From contig JASGJN010000022.1 of assembly GCA_049840735.1 (NCBI GenBank), positions 672,001 to 736,000 on the forward strand: DNA of 64,000 nt. Direction: 5' to 3'. Of this stretch, positions 28,886 to 38,792 are shown piece after piece. The notes below the pieces were generated by a model. It was not told the origin of the DNA. It ran no database searches and saw only the letters and a program-made list of their open reading frames with translations. Position 1 is the stretch's first letter, and each line of letters begins with the position of its first letter. The position numbers and the translations under genes are program-made. The DNA comes from Anaeromyxobacter sp. (lineage in GTDB: Bacteria > Myxococcota > Myxococcia > Myxococcales > Anaeromyxobacteraceae).

Positions 28886-30939
28886 GCCGCCTCCGGGTGG
28901 GCCACGGGGATGCGGGCGATCACGGTCGTGCCGCCGCCGGGCCGGGGTTGTACGTCCAGCTCGCCGCCCAGCCGCTCCGCGCGCTCGCGCATTCCCACCA
29001 ACCCCAGACCGGCCGGGCGCGGCGAGGGGAGGCCGCGGCCGTCGTCGGCGACGGTAAGCACCGCAGCGCCGTCCTGCAGCGCGACCGACAGCTGCACCTG
29101 CCGCGCGCCGGCGTGCCGCGCCACGTTGGTCAGCGCCTCCTGGGCGATCCGGAAGAGCGCCAGCTCGACCTCGGGGCCGAGCGCGAGGTCCTCCAGCGCC
29201 TCCAGCGCGCAGTCCACGCGCGCGCGGGCGTGGAAGTCGCGGCACTCCTGGCGCAGCGCCGGCACCAGCCCGAGCCGGTCCAGCGCGGCGGGCCGCAGCC
29301 GGGCCACCGCCTGGCGCACGGCGTCCACGGCCCGGCTGGCCAGGCTGGAGGCGTCCACCACGCGGTCGAGCAGCTCGCCGCTGACGCGGTCCGGCGGCAG
29401 CGCGGTCACGGTCTCCTCGACCTGGTCCAGCGCCACCCGGAGGCCGGTGAGGAGCTGCCCCATGTCGTCGTGCAGGTCGCGGGCGATGCGCGCCTTCTCC
29501 TCCTCGCGGACCGCGTCGAGCCGGCCGGCCAGCGCGCGCAGCTCCTCGCGCGAGCGCTGCAGCCGGTCGCGGGCGTGGTCGCGCTCGGCGCGCGCCCGCA
29601 GCGCGGTCAGGCCGTAGGCCAGATCGGCGCCGAGCTGCGTCATCAGCTCGCGGACCTCGCCGATGAAGGCGTGCGGCTCGCCGGCGTAGAGCGCCAGCAC
29701 GCCCAGCACCCGGTCGTCGGACACCAGCGGGATGGCCATGCAGGAGTGGTAGCCGCGGGAGCGGGCCCGCTCGTGCCAGGGCTGGAGCGCGGGGTTCGCC
29801 TCCCAGTCGTCGATGATCACCGGCGCCCCCGAGCGCGCGGCGCGGCCGGCGGGGCCCTGGCCCAGCGGCACGTCCGCCCAGGAGAGCTCGAGCCCGTCGA
29901 GGTAGCCGTCCACGTGGCCGGCCCAGGCCACCGGGCGGATGGACCGGCGCGCGTCGTCCTCCAGCCAGCCCACCCAGCACATGCGCTGGCCGCCCGCCTC
30001 CACCACGGTGGCGCAGATGGCCTGGAGGAGCTCCTGCTCGGTGGAGGCCCGGACCAGCGCCTCGTTGCAGCGCAGCAGCGTCACCAGCGCGCGGTGGGCC
30101 AGCCGCGCCCGGGCCTCCAGCGCCAGGCGGTCGGTGAGGTCGCGGACCGAGGCCACGATCACCGGCTGGCCCTGGAGGAGCTCGCTCCGCGCCGTGGTCT
30201 CGACCGGGAAGGACGTGCCGTCGCGCCGGACGTGGCGGGCCTGCAGCAGCCGGCCGGCGGGGCTGATGCTGGCCAGCAGCTTCGCCACCACGGCGTCGTC
30301 GCCCGGCGCGTCCGCCCGGAGGTCGTGCACCCAGAGGCGCAGGAACTCCTCCCGCGTGTAGCCGTAGATCGCGGTGGCGGCCTGGTTCACGTCGAGGATC
30401 TTCCCGTCCGACTTCCGGATCAGGAACAGCCCGTCCTGGGTCAGGGCCGCCAGCCGCGCGAGCCGCTGGCGCTGCGCCTCGGCCTCGTAGGCCTGGGTCT
30501 GGTCCAGCAGCACGGCCACGGCCTGCCGCCGGGAGGAGCCGGCCAGCGGCGGGACCGGGGCCGCGCTCACGGAGCCGACGCGCCAGGAGCCGTCCGGGAG
30601 CTGGAAGTGCGTCTCCACACCGTTCACCGGCAGGCCGGTCAGCGCCGCCTGCACGCCCGGGATCTCCTCGGTCCGGTAGGGCGTGGCGCGGTCGGGCCGG
30701 AACAGCTGGTACGGCAGGGCGCTGAAGGGAGCGCCCGGCGGAGGCGGAGCGCCGGTCAGGCGCTCGTAGGCCGTGTTCCATGCCAGCACGCGGGGCGGGC
30801 CGTCCGGGCCGGCCTCCACCAGCACGACCGCGATGGGGAGCGCCGCCATGGCCTGCCGGATGGCCTCGGCCTCGGCGGGGCCGGGCTGTGACCACCAGTG
30901 AACTGGGCTCGTGTCGGCTGGCGGCGCTTCCTGGGGCAT
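28882..30939 (-). CDS. Cytoplasmic PAS-PAS-GAF sensor histidine kinase (HisKA_3)
   Basis: PAS motifs (VNQAA..IYGYTREEFL, RRDGTSFPVE), GAF, RIARDLHDDMGQ, RIAQEALTNVARHA, GLGLVGMRER. Confidence 0.93.
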   Translation of the reverse strand: MPQEAPPADTSPVHWWSQPGPAEAEAIRQAMAALPIAVVLVEAGPDGPPRVLAWNTAYERLTGAPPPPGAPFSALPYQLFRPDRATPYRTEEIPGVQAALTGLPVNGVETHFQLPDGSWRVGSVSAAPVPPLAGSSRRQAVAVLLDQTQAYEAEAQRQRLARLAALTQDGLFLIRKSDGKILDVNQAATAIYGYTREEFLRLWVHDLRADAPGDDAVVAKLLASISPAGRLLQARHVRRDGTSFPVETTARSELLQGQPVIVASVRDLTDRLALEARARLAHRALVTLLRCNEALVRASTEQELLQAICATVVEAGGQRMCWVGWLEDDARRSIRPVAWAGHVDGYLDGLELSWADVPLGQGPAGRAARSGAPVIIDDWEANPALQPWHERARSRGYHSCMAIPLVSDDRVLGVLALYAGEPHAFIGEVRELMTQLGADLAYGLTALRARAERDHARDRLQRSREELRALAGRLDAVREEEKARIARDLHDDMGQLLTGLRVALDQVEETVTALPPDRVSGELLDRVVDASSLASRAVDAVRQAVARLRPAALDRLGLVPALRQECRDFHARARVDCALEALEDLALGPEVELALFRIAQEALTNVARHAGARQVQLSVALQDGAAVLTVADDGRGLPSPRPAGLGLVGMRERAERLGGELDVQPRPGGGTTVIARIPVAHPEAA

Positions 30940-31189
30940 GGCGAGGCCGCCCAGACATTACCGTGCGCAGCCGGCCAGGCACAGGTCGCACGGGGATGGC
31001 AGGCGGCACGTGCCCTGGGTCGCTGGTCAGGCGGGCCGATCGCTGGTCTGCAGGGCCGGCGAGGCCTGCGAACCCCCATCCAGGCGTCGCGGTGCTCCCG
31101 GTGGGGTCCCCGGGGCCGGACGGAGGGCGGGGCGGCGCGCGCCGGGCACGAGTGCTTGATCTGCCGCGGGCGGATGTTACGCTGGGTCA

Positions 31190-32044
31190 ATGACGGACTC
31201 AGGGTATGTGATTCTCCGCCTGGCCGCGCTGCTCGGGCTGGCGCTCTCGGGTTGCCAGGGCTCGACCGGCGGCAGCAGCCTCCCGCCGCTCGCCTGCGAG
31301 GCGGGCAGCTGGCCGAGCGCCGGGACGACCGGCGTCCCGGCGGGCACCCCGGCGCTGACGGTCCTGGGGAGCGATTTGCACACCAGCGTCGACGGCCAGG
31401 TGTTCGACGCCGTGGAGCTGCGGGGACGCCTCTACGTCGACCACGCCGGGGTCACCATCCGCCGGTCGCGCCTGATCGGCGACGAGTACTACGCCGTCTA
31501 CGCGACAGCGGGCGGCCACGGCCTGACCATCGAGGACTCCGAGATCCTGGGCGGCGTCCGCATCCCGGACGGCTTCACGGGCCGGCGCAACCACCTGCAC
31601 GCCCCGGCCGGCGGGACGCGCGATGATGGGTGGTTCGTGAGCGCCTCCCACGTGCTCCTGGAGGACAACCTGATCGACGGGCTGGTGGGCGGCGACGGCG
31701 CCCACCTGGACGGCATCCAGGTCGCAGGGGGCCAGGACATCACCGTGCGGCACAACCGGGTGGAGGCCGTCTCACCGCCCATCTCGGGCGGCGGCGTCAA
31801 CGCGGCCATCTTCTTCGCCGCCGACCTGGGCGCGATCAGCGACGTCACCGTCGACTGCAACCTGCTGATCGAGCAGGACGGCTACTACCCGCTCCGCATC
31901 TACGACGCGCGCGGCGCGGTGGTGGTGCGCAGGAACCGCTGGGTGAGGGGCTTCCTGGGCGCGCCGGTGCACGTGGAAGACACGGGTCTCGCCGCCTGGG
32001 AGGACAACGCGTACGAGGACGGGGAGGCCATCCCGGCGCCGTGA
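31190..32044 (+). CDS. Lipoprotein with parallel beta-helix domain (start may be GTG 31208)
   Basis: Lipobox ALSGC; WP....TGVPAG, VLLEDNLI, H.DGIQ, ITVRHN. Confidence 0.7.
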   Translation: MTDSGYVILRLAALLGLALSGCQGSTGGSSLPPLACEAGSWPSAGTTGVPAGTPALTVLGSDLHTSVDGQVFDAVELRGRLYVDHAGVTIRRSRLIGDEYYAVYATAGGHGLTIEDSEILGGVRIPDGFTGRRNHLHAPAGGTRDDGWFVSASHVLLEDNLIDGLVGGDGAHLDGIQVAGGQDITVRHNRVEAVSPPISGGGVNAAIFFAADLGAISDVTVDCNLLIEQDGYYPLRIYDARGAVVVRRNRWVRGFLGAPVHVEDTGLAAWEDNAYEDGEAIPAP

Positions 32045-32047
32045 GGG

Positions 32048-32500
32048 TCAGCCCCGCGCCAGCTCCGCGGTGAGGCGATCCAGGTTCTCCTCGTTGGCCG
32101 GCCGGGCGAACCGCTCGACCTTCCGGTAGTCGGAGTCGGTGTCGAAGGTCTGCCGCCAGCCGAGCCGGGTGCCGCCCCCCTCCGGCGTGAGCGTCACTGT
32201 CAGCGTGTAGTACGGGTGCGAGCGGTGGCGGATGACGATCCGCTGCGCGTCGAAGGCCTCGAACGCCGACTCGTTCTGGTAGTTCCCGCCGGTCGGGCCG
32301 TGCATGGTGAAGCGCCACTGGCCCCCGGGCCGCGGCTCGAAGACGTGGAAGGTGTTGCGGAAGTCCCTCGGCCCCCACCAGCGGGCGAGCCGGTCGGCGT
32401 CGCTGAACGCGGCGAGGATCTGCGCGGGCATGGCGTCGAGGTGGCGGGAGGTGGCGAGCGTGCGCGCGTCGTCGGAGGTGGCCGCGGGGGTGGGTTCCAT
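32048..32500 (-). CDS. SRPBCC/AHSA1-family ligand-binding protein
   Basis: AFSD..RLARWWGP..F.NT...FE.RPGG.WRFTMHGP, NEENLDRL. Confidence 0.9.
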   Translation of the reverse strand: MEPTPAATSDDARTLATSRHLDAMPAQILAAFSDADRLARWWGPRDFRNTFHVFEPRPGGQWRFTMHGPTGGNYQNESAFEAFDAQRIVIRHRSHPYYTLTVTLTPEGGGTRLGWRQTFDTDSDYRKVERFARPANEENLDRLTAELARG

Positions 32501-32579
32501 GCAGGTCCTTCTGGCCGCCGGAGCCGATCGGCGCGAGCGGATCGTCGATCCCGGGAGGGGCCGCCGGCGGCGCGGCGGC

Positions 32580-33167
32580 TCAACCCTTCTTCAGGAACCC
32601 CTGCTCGACGCACTCCTGCAGCAGCCGCTCGGTGAAGGCCCAGAGCGCCTCCGAGCCGTGCTGGATGGCCTGCTTCTTCTCGTGGACGCGCTCGTAGTCC
32701 ACCCCGAACTCGACCCAGGTGCCGCCGCGGTTGGCGGCGTTCTGGAGGATCGGCTCCAGCCGGTCGAGCGCCTTGGCGAAGCGCGCGTCGGCGGTCCGGC
32801 CGGCCTCGAACTCCTCCCAGAGCGCGATCAGCTCCGCCGCCTGGGGCGCGGGCAGGAGCCCGAAGATGCGCTGCGCGCCCTGCCGCTCGGCCTCGGTGTT
32901 CGCGTGGCTGCGGGTGGTGTCGTAGATGAACGTGTCCCCGGCGTCGATCTCCACAACGTCGTGGATGAGGACCATCTTCATCACGCGCAAGAGGTCGATG
33001 GGCTCGTTCGCGTGCTCCGCCAGCACCACCGCCATCATGGCCAGGTGCCAGCTGTGCTCGGCGTCGTTCTCCCGCCGGTCGACGCAGATGAGCCTGGTCT
33101 TGCGCAGGATGGTCTTGAGCTTGTCGATCTCGCGGATGAACCCGAGCTGCCGGAGGAGCGCGTCCAT
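32580..33167 (-). CDS. HD-domain phosphohydrolase (HD_3, 5'-deoxynucleotidase-like)
   Basis: IDKLK.ILR, ENDAEHSWHLA, LIHDVVEIDAGD, ALDRLEP. Confidence 0.92.
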   Translation of the reverse strand: MDALLRQLGFIREIDKLKTILRKTRLICVDRRENDAEHSWHLAMMAVVLAEHANEPIDLLRVMKMVLIHDVVEIDAGDTFIYDTTRSHANTEAERQGAQRIFGLLPAPQAAELIALWEEFEAGRTADARFAKALDRLEPILQNAANRGGTWVEFGVDYERVHEKKQAIQHGSEALWAFTERLLQECVEQGFLKKG

Positions 33168-33362
33168 GGTCGGTGCGGACTAGAGCACAAGGCGGCGGCG
33201 CGTGCACGGGCCGGCGGCGGGCGAGGGCGAGAGCAGCGCACCGCCCGGGGAGGCCCCGGGCTGGCGACGCGTCCGGCGGCGCCCCTCCGGGCCTGTCCCA
33301 CCCGGCACGCACCGCGGGTGTGGGTCTGTACGCGATCACGCGCATCACTGGAGGTGGAAGTC

Positions 33363-34529
33363 ATGTCACGCGTCTCAGCGGCGGCCCTGGTGGCCGCCTC
33401 CGCCCTCGGCCTGGCCTGCGGCGGCTCGCCCGGCGGGAGCCCGGCGGACGCCTCCCGGGCGGACCAGCGGGGACAGGGGGGCCGGTACGTGCAGCGCAAC
33501 CTGGTGTCCGACGGCAGCGTCCAGGCCGAGCATGTGGACCCCAACCTGATCAACGCCTGGGGGCTGGCCCGCCTCCCGGCCAGCCCGTGGTGGGTCGCCG
33601 CGGCCGACGCGGGGGTGAGCACGCTCTACGACGGCGAGGGCGTGGCGAGCCCGCTGGTGGTGAGCGTGAGCGGTGCGGGCGGGCAGCCGGGCGCCCCGAC
33701 GGGCACAGTGGCCAACCCCACCGATGCCTTCGTGGTGACGAGCGGCGGCGCCAGCGGCGCAGCCCGGTTCCTCTTCGCCAGCGAGGACGGCACCATCAGC
33801 GGCTGGAACCCGCAGGTGCCGCCGCCCGCGGCCGGCGCGCGCTCCACCACCACCGTGGTCGCCGTGGACCGCTCGGCGGACGAGGCCAGCTACAAGGGGC
33901 TGGCGCTGGCGCAGACGGCCTCAGGTCCGCGGCTCTACGCCGCCGACTTCAAGCACGCGCGGGTGGACGTGTTCGACGGCGCCTTCGCGCCGGTGAGCCT
34001 CCACGACGGCGCGTTCGTGGACCCCGACCTCCCCGCCGGCTTCGCGCCGTTCGGCGTCCACGAGGTGAACGGCCACGTCGTGGTCACCTACGCCATGCAG
34101 GACGAGGAAGGCGAGGAGGAGGTGGCCGGCCCGCACCTGGGCTACGTGGACGCGTACACCACCGACGGCCACCTGGAGCGGCGCATCGCCTCGGGCGGCA
34201 AGCTCGACGCGCCCTGGGGCGTGGCGCTGGCGCCGCAGGCCGGCTTCGGCCGGCTCTCGGGGCGGCTCCTGGTCGGCAACTTCGGCGACGGGACCATCGT
34301 GGCCTACAAGCTCGACGGGCGCGGCCACTCCGACGGCGGCGATTACCTCACCACCGCCGACGGCCGCCTGGTCATCGACGGCCTGTGGGGCCTCGGCTTC
34401 GGGAACGGGGCCGCGGCCGGACCCGTCGACGCGCTCTATTTCGCGGCCGGCCCGGAGGAGGAGACGCACGGCCTGTTCGGGCGGATTGACTTCGCGGCGG
34501 CGCCCGGGGACGGCGACGGCGACCGGTAG
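33363..34529 (+). CDS. TIGR03118-family secreted lipoprotein
   Basis: GGAGG RBS, lipobox GLAC; NLVSD...DPNLINAWGL, FLFASEDGTISGW, YKGLA, LLVGNFGDG, IDGLWGL.FG, LYFAAGP. Confidence 0.9.
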   Translation: MSRVSAAALVAASALGLACGGSPGGSPADASRADQRGQGGRYVQRNLVSDGSVQAEHVDPNLINAWGLARLPASPWWVAAADAGVSTLYDGEGVASPLVVSVSGAGGQPGAPTGTVANPTDAFVVTSGGASGAARFLFASEDGTISGWNPQVPPPAAGARSTTTVVAVDRSADEASYKGLALAQTASGPRLYAADFKHARVDVFDGAFAPVSLHDGAFVDPDLPAGFAPFGVHEVNGHVVVTYAMQDEEGEEEVAGPHLGYVDAYTTDGHLERRIASGGKLDAPWGVALAPQAGFGRLSGRLLVGNFGDGTIVAYKLDGRGHSDGGDYLTTADGRLVIDGLWGLGFGNGAAAGPVDALYFAAGPEEETHGLFGRIDFAAAPGDGDGDR

Positions 34530-34581
34530 CGGCGGGGGGCGCCGGCTCCGGCCGGCGCCCACCATGGCGAGCAGGTGCAGG

Positions 34582-35480
34582 TCAGGCCGGCGACGACCGG
34601 TGCTCCGGCCCGCCCCCGACCCTGGCGAAGAGGCGCTGCAGCTCGTCCAGGTCGGGTGGCTTGGAGAGATGGGCGTCGAAGCCGGCCTGCTGGGCGTACC
34701 CGGTCAGCGCGATGGCGTACGGGGCCGCCGCGTGGCCGGCCGCGCGGGCCGCCGCGATCACCTTGTGACCGGTCATGTCGGGCAGGCCGACGTCGCACAG
34801 CAGCACCTGCGGACAGCTGCGCTGGATCTCCCGGATGCCCTCCTGGCCGGTGCGCACGACGCGGGTGGCGTGGCCCATCAGGCCCAGGATCTCGGCCAGG
34901 GTCTCGCCCGCGTCCTCGTTGTCCTCCACGATCAGCACGTCGAGCCTGCCCGCCTCGGACGCGGCGGCGAGCGGGGAGGCCGCCGGGCGGGGCTTCTGCG
35001 AAGGTCTCGAAGGTGATGGGCTCGTCCGGGCCCACGCCCCAGACTTCGCGCACGCGCGCGTCCCAGCCGATGGTCCCCGACACGATGCGTAGTCGTGGCT
35101 GCCCAGGCCGGCCGCGTCCCTGGCCAGGCGCAGCTGCTCCAGCACCGCCCGCAGCGCGGCCTCGGAGCGGGCCAGGGCCGCCGCGCTGCGCCGCGCCTCG
35201 TCGAGCGCCAGGGCGCGGTCCAGCGCCAGCGCGCAGCGCTCGGCCACCGAGAGCATCAGCTCGCGGTAACCTGGCGTGAAGTCCCGCTCGGCGAAGTAGG
35301 CCAGGCCGAGCGCGCCGCGGGTGCGGCCGTCCACGATCAGCGGGAGGGCGACCCAGGCGCGGTCCGGCCCGGAGGCGACCGCCGGCGCCCACTCCGGATA
35401 GGCCGCGATGGCCTCCTGGGGGGAGGCGACCCAGACCGCGGAGCCCGAGCGGAAGGCGTCGGGGCCGAGGATGCTCCGCG
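34582..35480 (-). pseudogene. Remnant of GAF-PAS hybrid histidine kinase fused to a receiver domain, with the kinase core deleted
   Basis: GAF (RTRGALGLAY, AERCALALDRA), start of PAS (WDARVREVWG), then directly REC (VLIVEDN, LLCDVGLPD, IALTGY, FDAHLSKP); no H-box or ATPase, no intact 5' end. Confidence 0.75.
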
Positions 35481-35494
35481 TTCACGCGCGAGAA

Positions 35495-35534
35495 ACGCGG
35501 AAGGGCACGAGGCGCTGGCCCCGTGCCCTTCGCG
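35495..35534 (-). terminator. Stem-loop downstream of ssb
   Basis: GAAGGGCACG...CGTGCCCTTC inverted repeat followed on the minus strand by a short T run. Confidence 0.55.
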
Positions 35535-35559
35535 TGAAGCTGGACTGCGCTGGTGCCAG

Positions 35560-36048
35560 CTAGAACGGGATATCGTCCGGCCCACCGCCGCCGCCGCCGC
35601 CGCCGCCGCCGTGGCCACCGCCAGGACCGGAATCCGGCTCCTCGAAGCCGCCCGGCGGCTCGTCCGGCATGCCGCCGCCGCGCCCGCCACCACCGGGGCC
35701 ACCAGGGCCGCCGGCGCCGCGGCCGCCCAGGAAGCGGACGGACTCGGCCACGACCTTCACCTTGTAGCGCTCCTGGCCGGACTGCTTGTCCTGCCACTTG
35801 TCGGTCTTGAGGCGGCCCTCGACGTAGACCTGGCGGCCCTTGGCCAGGTACTCACCGCACTGCTCGGCCTGCTTCCCCCAGACCTCGACGTCGTGCCACT
35901 CCGTCTCCTCCTTGCGCTGCCCGGACTGCTTGTCGGTCCAGGAGCGGGAGGTGGCGATGCGGAGGTTCGCGACCGCCTGACCGCCCGACGTGTAGCGGAC
36001 CTCGGGATCCTTTCCGAGGTTACCGATGAGGATGACCCTGTTCACCAT
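35560..36048 (-). CDS. ssb: Single-stranded DNA-binding protein
   Basis: [30 protein letters not shown], Gly-rich linker, C-terminal DDIPF. Confidence 0.98.
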   Translation of the reverse strand: MVNRVILIGNLGKDPEVRYTSGGQAVANLRIATSRSWTDKQSGQRKEETEWHDVEVWGKQAEQCGEYLAKGRQVYVEGRLKTDKWQDKQSGQERYKVKVVAESVRFLGGRGAGGPGGPGGGGRGGGMPDEPPGGFEEPDSGPGGGHGGGGGGGGGGPDDIPF

Positions 36049-36351
36049 GGCGATCGCTCCTTGAGTGGCCTGCGGAGGCCGCAGGCGTTCCTTTTACGGC
36101 CGTACAGCGCGGATGCTCCAGTGTGGATGACCTTCTAGCACCCGGGGCTGACAGGCGCCCGGGGGATCGGCCGGCCTGCCACGACAGATCGGTCAGGCGG
36201 TACGCGTGCTTTGGGGTTCCCGCCCGGGTCGCGGGAGGTTGCGGGGCTGGACGTCGAGGCGTACGGCGGCCACGGCAGGCCGGCGCCGGTCGCGGCGGCC
36301 GCTCACCTCAGGTCCCTTCGATGTCGCCGCCGCGGGTAGGAGCCCGGCGTT

Positions 36352-37683
36352 TCAGCGTGTCGCGGCGGCGACCTGGTGCGGGCGGAGGCCCGCGAGTTGC
36401 TCCTCGGTGGCGGCGACGAGGACATCCCGCACCGAGGCCAGGAGGTCTCGCCAGCGGGGCGCCCGGCCCTCGTCCGACCGCAGCGTGACCGCGCGGTAGA
36501 GCGCCAGTAACGTGTAGGCGATCCGCCTGAGCAGCAGCACCGCCAGCATGCCCTGCGGGTCGGCCTCGATCCACGGCCGCTCGTCCTCGGCGAAGGCGGT
36601 GTCGAGCGTGTGGTGGTTCTGGTTCTCGACACCCCAGTGGCTGCGGACGAGGAGCAGCCACTGAGCAGGCGTCAGCCTGCCCGGTTGCATGCTGCTCACG
36701 AACACCCGCGCGTCCTGCTCGATGACCTCGCCGCTGCGCCGCTTCACGTATTCCACCCTCAGGAAAGTCCCGGCGTGGCTCCAGACCGACTCCTCGGGCG
36801 TCTTGCTCGCGCTATAGCTCCAGCTCGGATCGACGCCCAGCAGCGTCAGGCTGCGGGTGACGGTGGTAGCGTTGTCGAGCACGTCCAACGTCTGGGCCGC
36901 CATCTCCTGCGAGCTCAGCAGCTCGCTCGCCAGCTTGAACATGGTCCGCTGCTCGCCCTTGAGCGTGAACAGGTAATCCTTGCCCGCGGCCACCACGGCG
37001 CTGGCGTTGGCCTCGGAGAGCGCGCCGGCGTCGTAGGTCACCACGCGGAAGATCCCGCCGTGGGCAGCGGTCAGGCGCTCGAACGCCTGCTGGAAGAAGC
37101 CCACCTCGTTCGACGCGGCCGGGATCGGGATGGCGTCGATGCAGGGCCGCCCCGCCGCCGAGACCAGCGCGCACGTCACCGTCCGCACCAGGCCGAACGG
37201 GACCGCCTGCCCCTCGATGTGGTTCTGCACCAGCGGGTGGTTGAGGACCGGCAGCATCGTCACCTTGCCGTCCAACGCCACCACGCCGAACGGCAGCCCC
37301 ACCGGCGCGAGCGCCTTGCGGCGCCAGGCCGCCCGGACGGCCCGATGCAGCACCGCCCGCAGCGACTCGAGCGGCACCCGGCAGAGCGCGTCCCGCGCCG
37401 TCGTGTCCGCCAGCCGCCGCGGCAGCCCCAGCCGGCGGCGCATCGCCGGCGCCAGGCTGTCGGTGAGCCGCTCCGCGTCCCACAGGCTGCGGCAGCCCGC
37501 CATCAGCCCCAGCAGCGTGGCCCGGAGGATCTGCGACAGCGCCCACCGCCCCTCTCGTGCCCGGGGGTCCGAGACCCGGTCCAGGTCCAGCTCCGGCAGC
37601 CGGGCCCGCAGCAGCCCCGCCACCCTCCTCACAGCCCTTTCCCTCACGGATCGCCTCTCGTATGATCTCGGGGTCGTTGGCAT
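36352..37683 (-). CDS. ISAs1-family transposase
   Basis: V.DPR, VVALDGK, VVTYDA, DYLFTLKG.Q, VRSHWGVEN..H..LD..F.ED motifs; uninterrupted 443 aa. Confidence 0.88.
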   Translation of the reverse strand: MPTTPRSYERRSVRERAVRRVAGLLRARLPELDLDRVSDPRAREGRWALSQILRATLLGLMAGCRSLWDAERLTDSLAPAMRRRLGLPRRLADTTARDALCRVPLESLRAVLHRAVRAAWRRKALAPVGLPFGVVALDGKVTMLPVLNHPLVQNHIEGQAVPFGLVRTVTCALVSAAGRPCIDAIPIPAASNEVGFFQQAFERLTAAHGGIFRVVTYDAGALSEANASAVVAAGKDYLFTLKGEQRTMFKLASELLSSQEMAAQTLDVLDNATTVTRSLTLLGVDPSWSYSASKTPEESVWSHAGTFLRVEYVKRRSGEVIEQDARVFVSSMQPGRLTPAQWLLLVRSHWGVENQNHHTLDTAFAEDERPWIEADPQGMLAVLLLRRIAYTLLALYRAVTLRSDEGRAPRWRDLLASVRDVLVAATEEQLAGLRPHQVAAATR

Positions 37684-37763
37684 CCGCCGGGCTCCTACCC
37701 GACGACAGCCGTAAGCGGCGGGCGATCGGCCAAGATCGCCCGCCGCTCTTCTTTCGTACCCTG
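36352..37763 (-). mobile_element. ISAs1-family insertion sequence (downstream boundary not resolved)
   Basis: Candidate upstream end CAGGGTACGAAAG starting at 37763 on the minus strand; no clean matching IR or TSD found at the other end. Confidence 0.55.
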
Positions 37764-37900
37764 AGTGGAGATGGGCCTGCGAATTTGTGCGTGCCCCACG
37801 GTCATGGGCTGCGGCGGCCTAACCCGGCGCCCTCACGGCCGACTACTTCGGGCGGGGCCTCGCGCTACCAATCACGCCTGGCCGGCCTGCCGCCAGGGCC

Positions 37901-38647
37901 CTACCAAGGCAGCGGTTTTCCGTCGCGGAAGAAGCCGCCGGTGGGGCCGTCCGGGCCCAGCTCGGCGGCCCAGACCACGCTGGCGGCCCCCACCGCCACC
38001 GGTCGGGCGCCCAGCTGGGCGCCGCCCGGGAAGGTGGCGGTGAAACCGGGGCAGACGGCGTTGACCTTGATCCCCTCGGCCCGCAGCTCGGCGGCGAACG
38101 AGGCGGTCAGCGCGTTGAGCGCGGCCTTGGCCACCGCGTAGGCCGGCCCCATGGCGTTCTCCGAGGCCAGCCCGAACTCGGGATCGCCGTGCGAGCCGGC
38201 GCCGCTGGACACGTTCACCACCCGTGAACGACCGGCACGCCGCAGCAGCGGCAGCAGCGCGCGGGTGGTGCGCCAGGCGCCGAAGAGCGCGACCTGGAGC
38301 GCCGCCTGCGCCTCGGCCAGCCGGGTGGTGGAGGGCGGGTTGCCGGGGGAGATGCTGGCGGCGGCGTTGTTCACCAGCACGTCCACGCGCCCGCGGGCGG
38401 CCTCCAGCCAGCGGGCGAGCGCCGCCACGCTCCCCTCGTCCGCGACGTCGAGGACGTGGGGCGCGACGTCCAGCCCCTCGGCCTGCAGCTCGGCGGCGCG
38501 GGCCCTGGCGGCCTGCGGGTCGCGCGCCGTGAGCACCACCGCGTAGCCTCGCCGCGCCAGCTGCCGGCACACCTCGAAGCCGATGCCCTCGGCGCGGCTC
38601 GCGCCGGTGACCACCGCCACCGGGCGGGGAGCCTCCTGTTCGGCCAT
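37901..38647 (-). CDS. Short-chain dehydrogenase/reductase (carbonyl reductase-like)
   Basis: VVTGASRAEGIG, DVLVNNA, VVNVSS, YAVAK, VNAVCPG, GPTGGFFRDGKPLPW. Confidence 0.93.
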   Translation of the reverse strand: MAEQEAPRPVAVVTGASRAEGIGFEVCRQLARRGYAVVLTARDPQAARARAAELQAEGLDVAPHVLDVADEGSVAALARWLEAARGRVDVLVNNAAASISPGNPPSTTRLAEAQAALQVALFGAWRTTRALLPLLRRAGRSRVVNVSSGAGSHGDPEFGLASENAMGPAYAVAKAALNALTASFAAELRAEGIKVNAVCPGFTATFPGGAQLGARPVAVGAASVVWAAELGPDGPTGGFFRDGKPLPW

Positions 38648-38745
38648 GCGCGCCTCCTGCCTCCGATCTGTGCCGCGCGCGGCCCCGCGTCCACCCGAAG
38701 CGCGCTGCAGCAAGTCGGGACGGAGGCCATGGGACCCGATGGCGG

Positions 38746-38792
38746 CCGTTCGCCCTGAGCGTGGCGGCGCGAAGCGCCGCGGAGTCGACGGG
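38746..38792 (-). repeat. REP-like element with internal hairpin, abutting the dacB stop
   Basis: CCGTTCGCCCTGAGCGTGG-[CGGCGCGAAGCGCCG]-CGGAGTCGACGGG. Confidence 0.7.

Noticed and set aside
35585..35610. (GCC)n microsatellite as a phase-variation tract in ssb
   Set aside because: An in-frame triplet repeat encoding the normal Gly-rich SSB linker.
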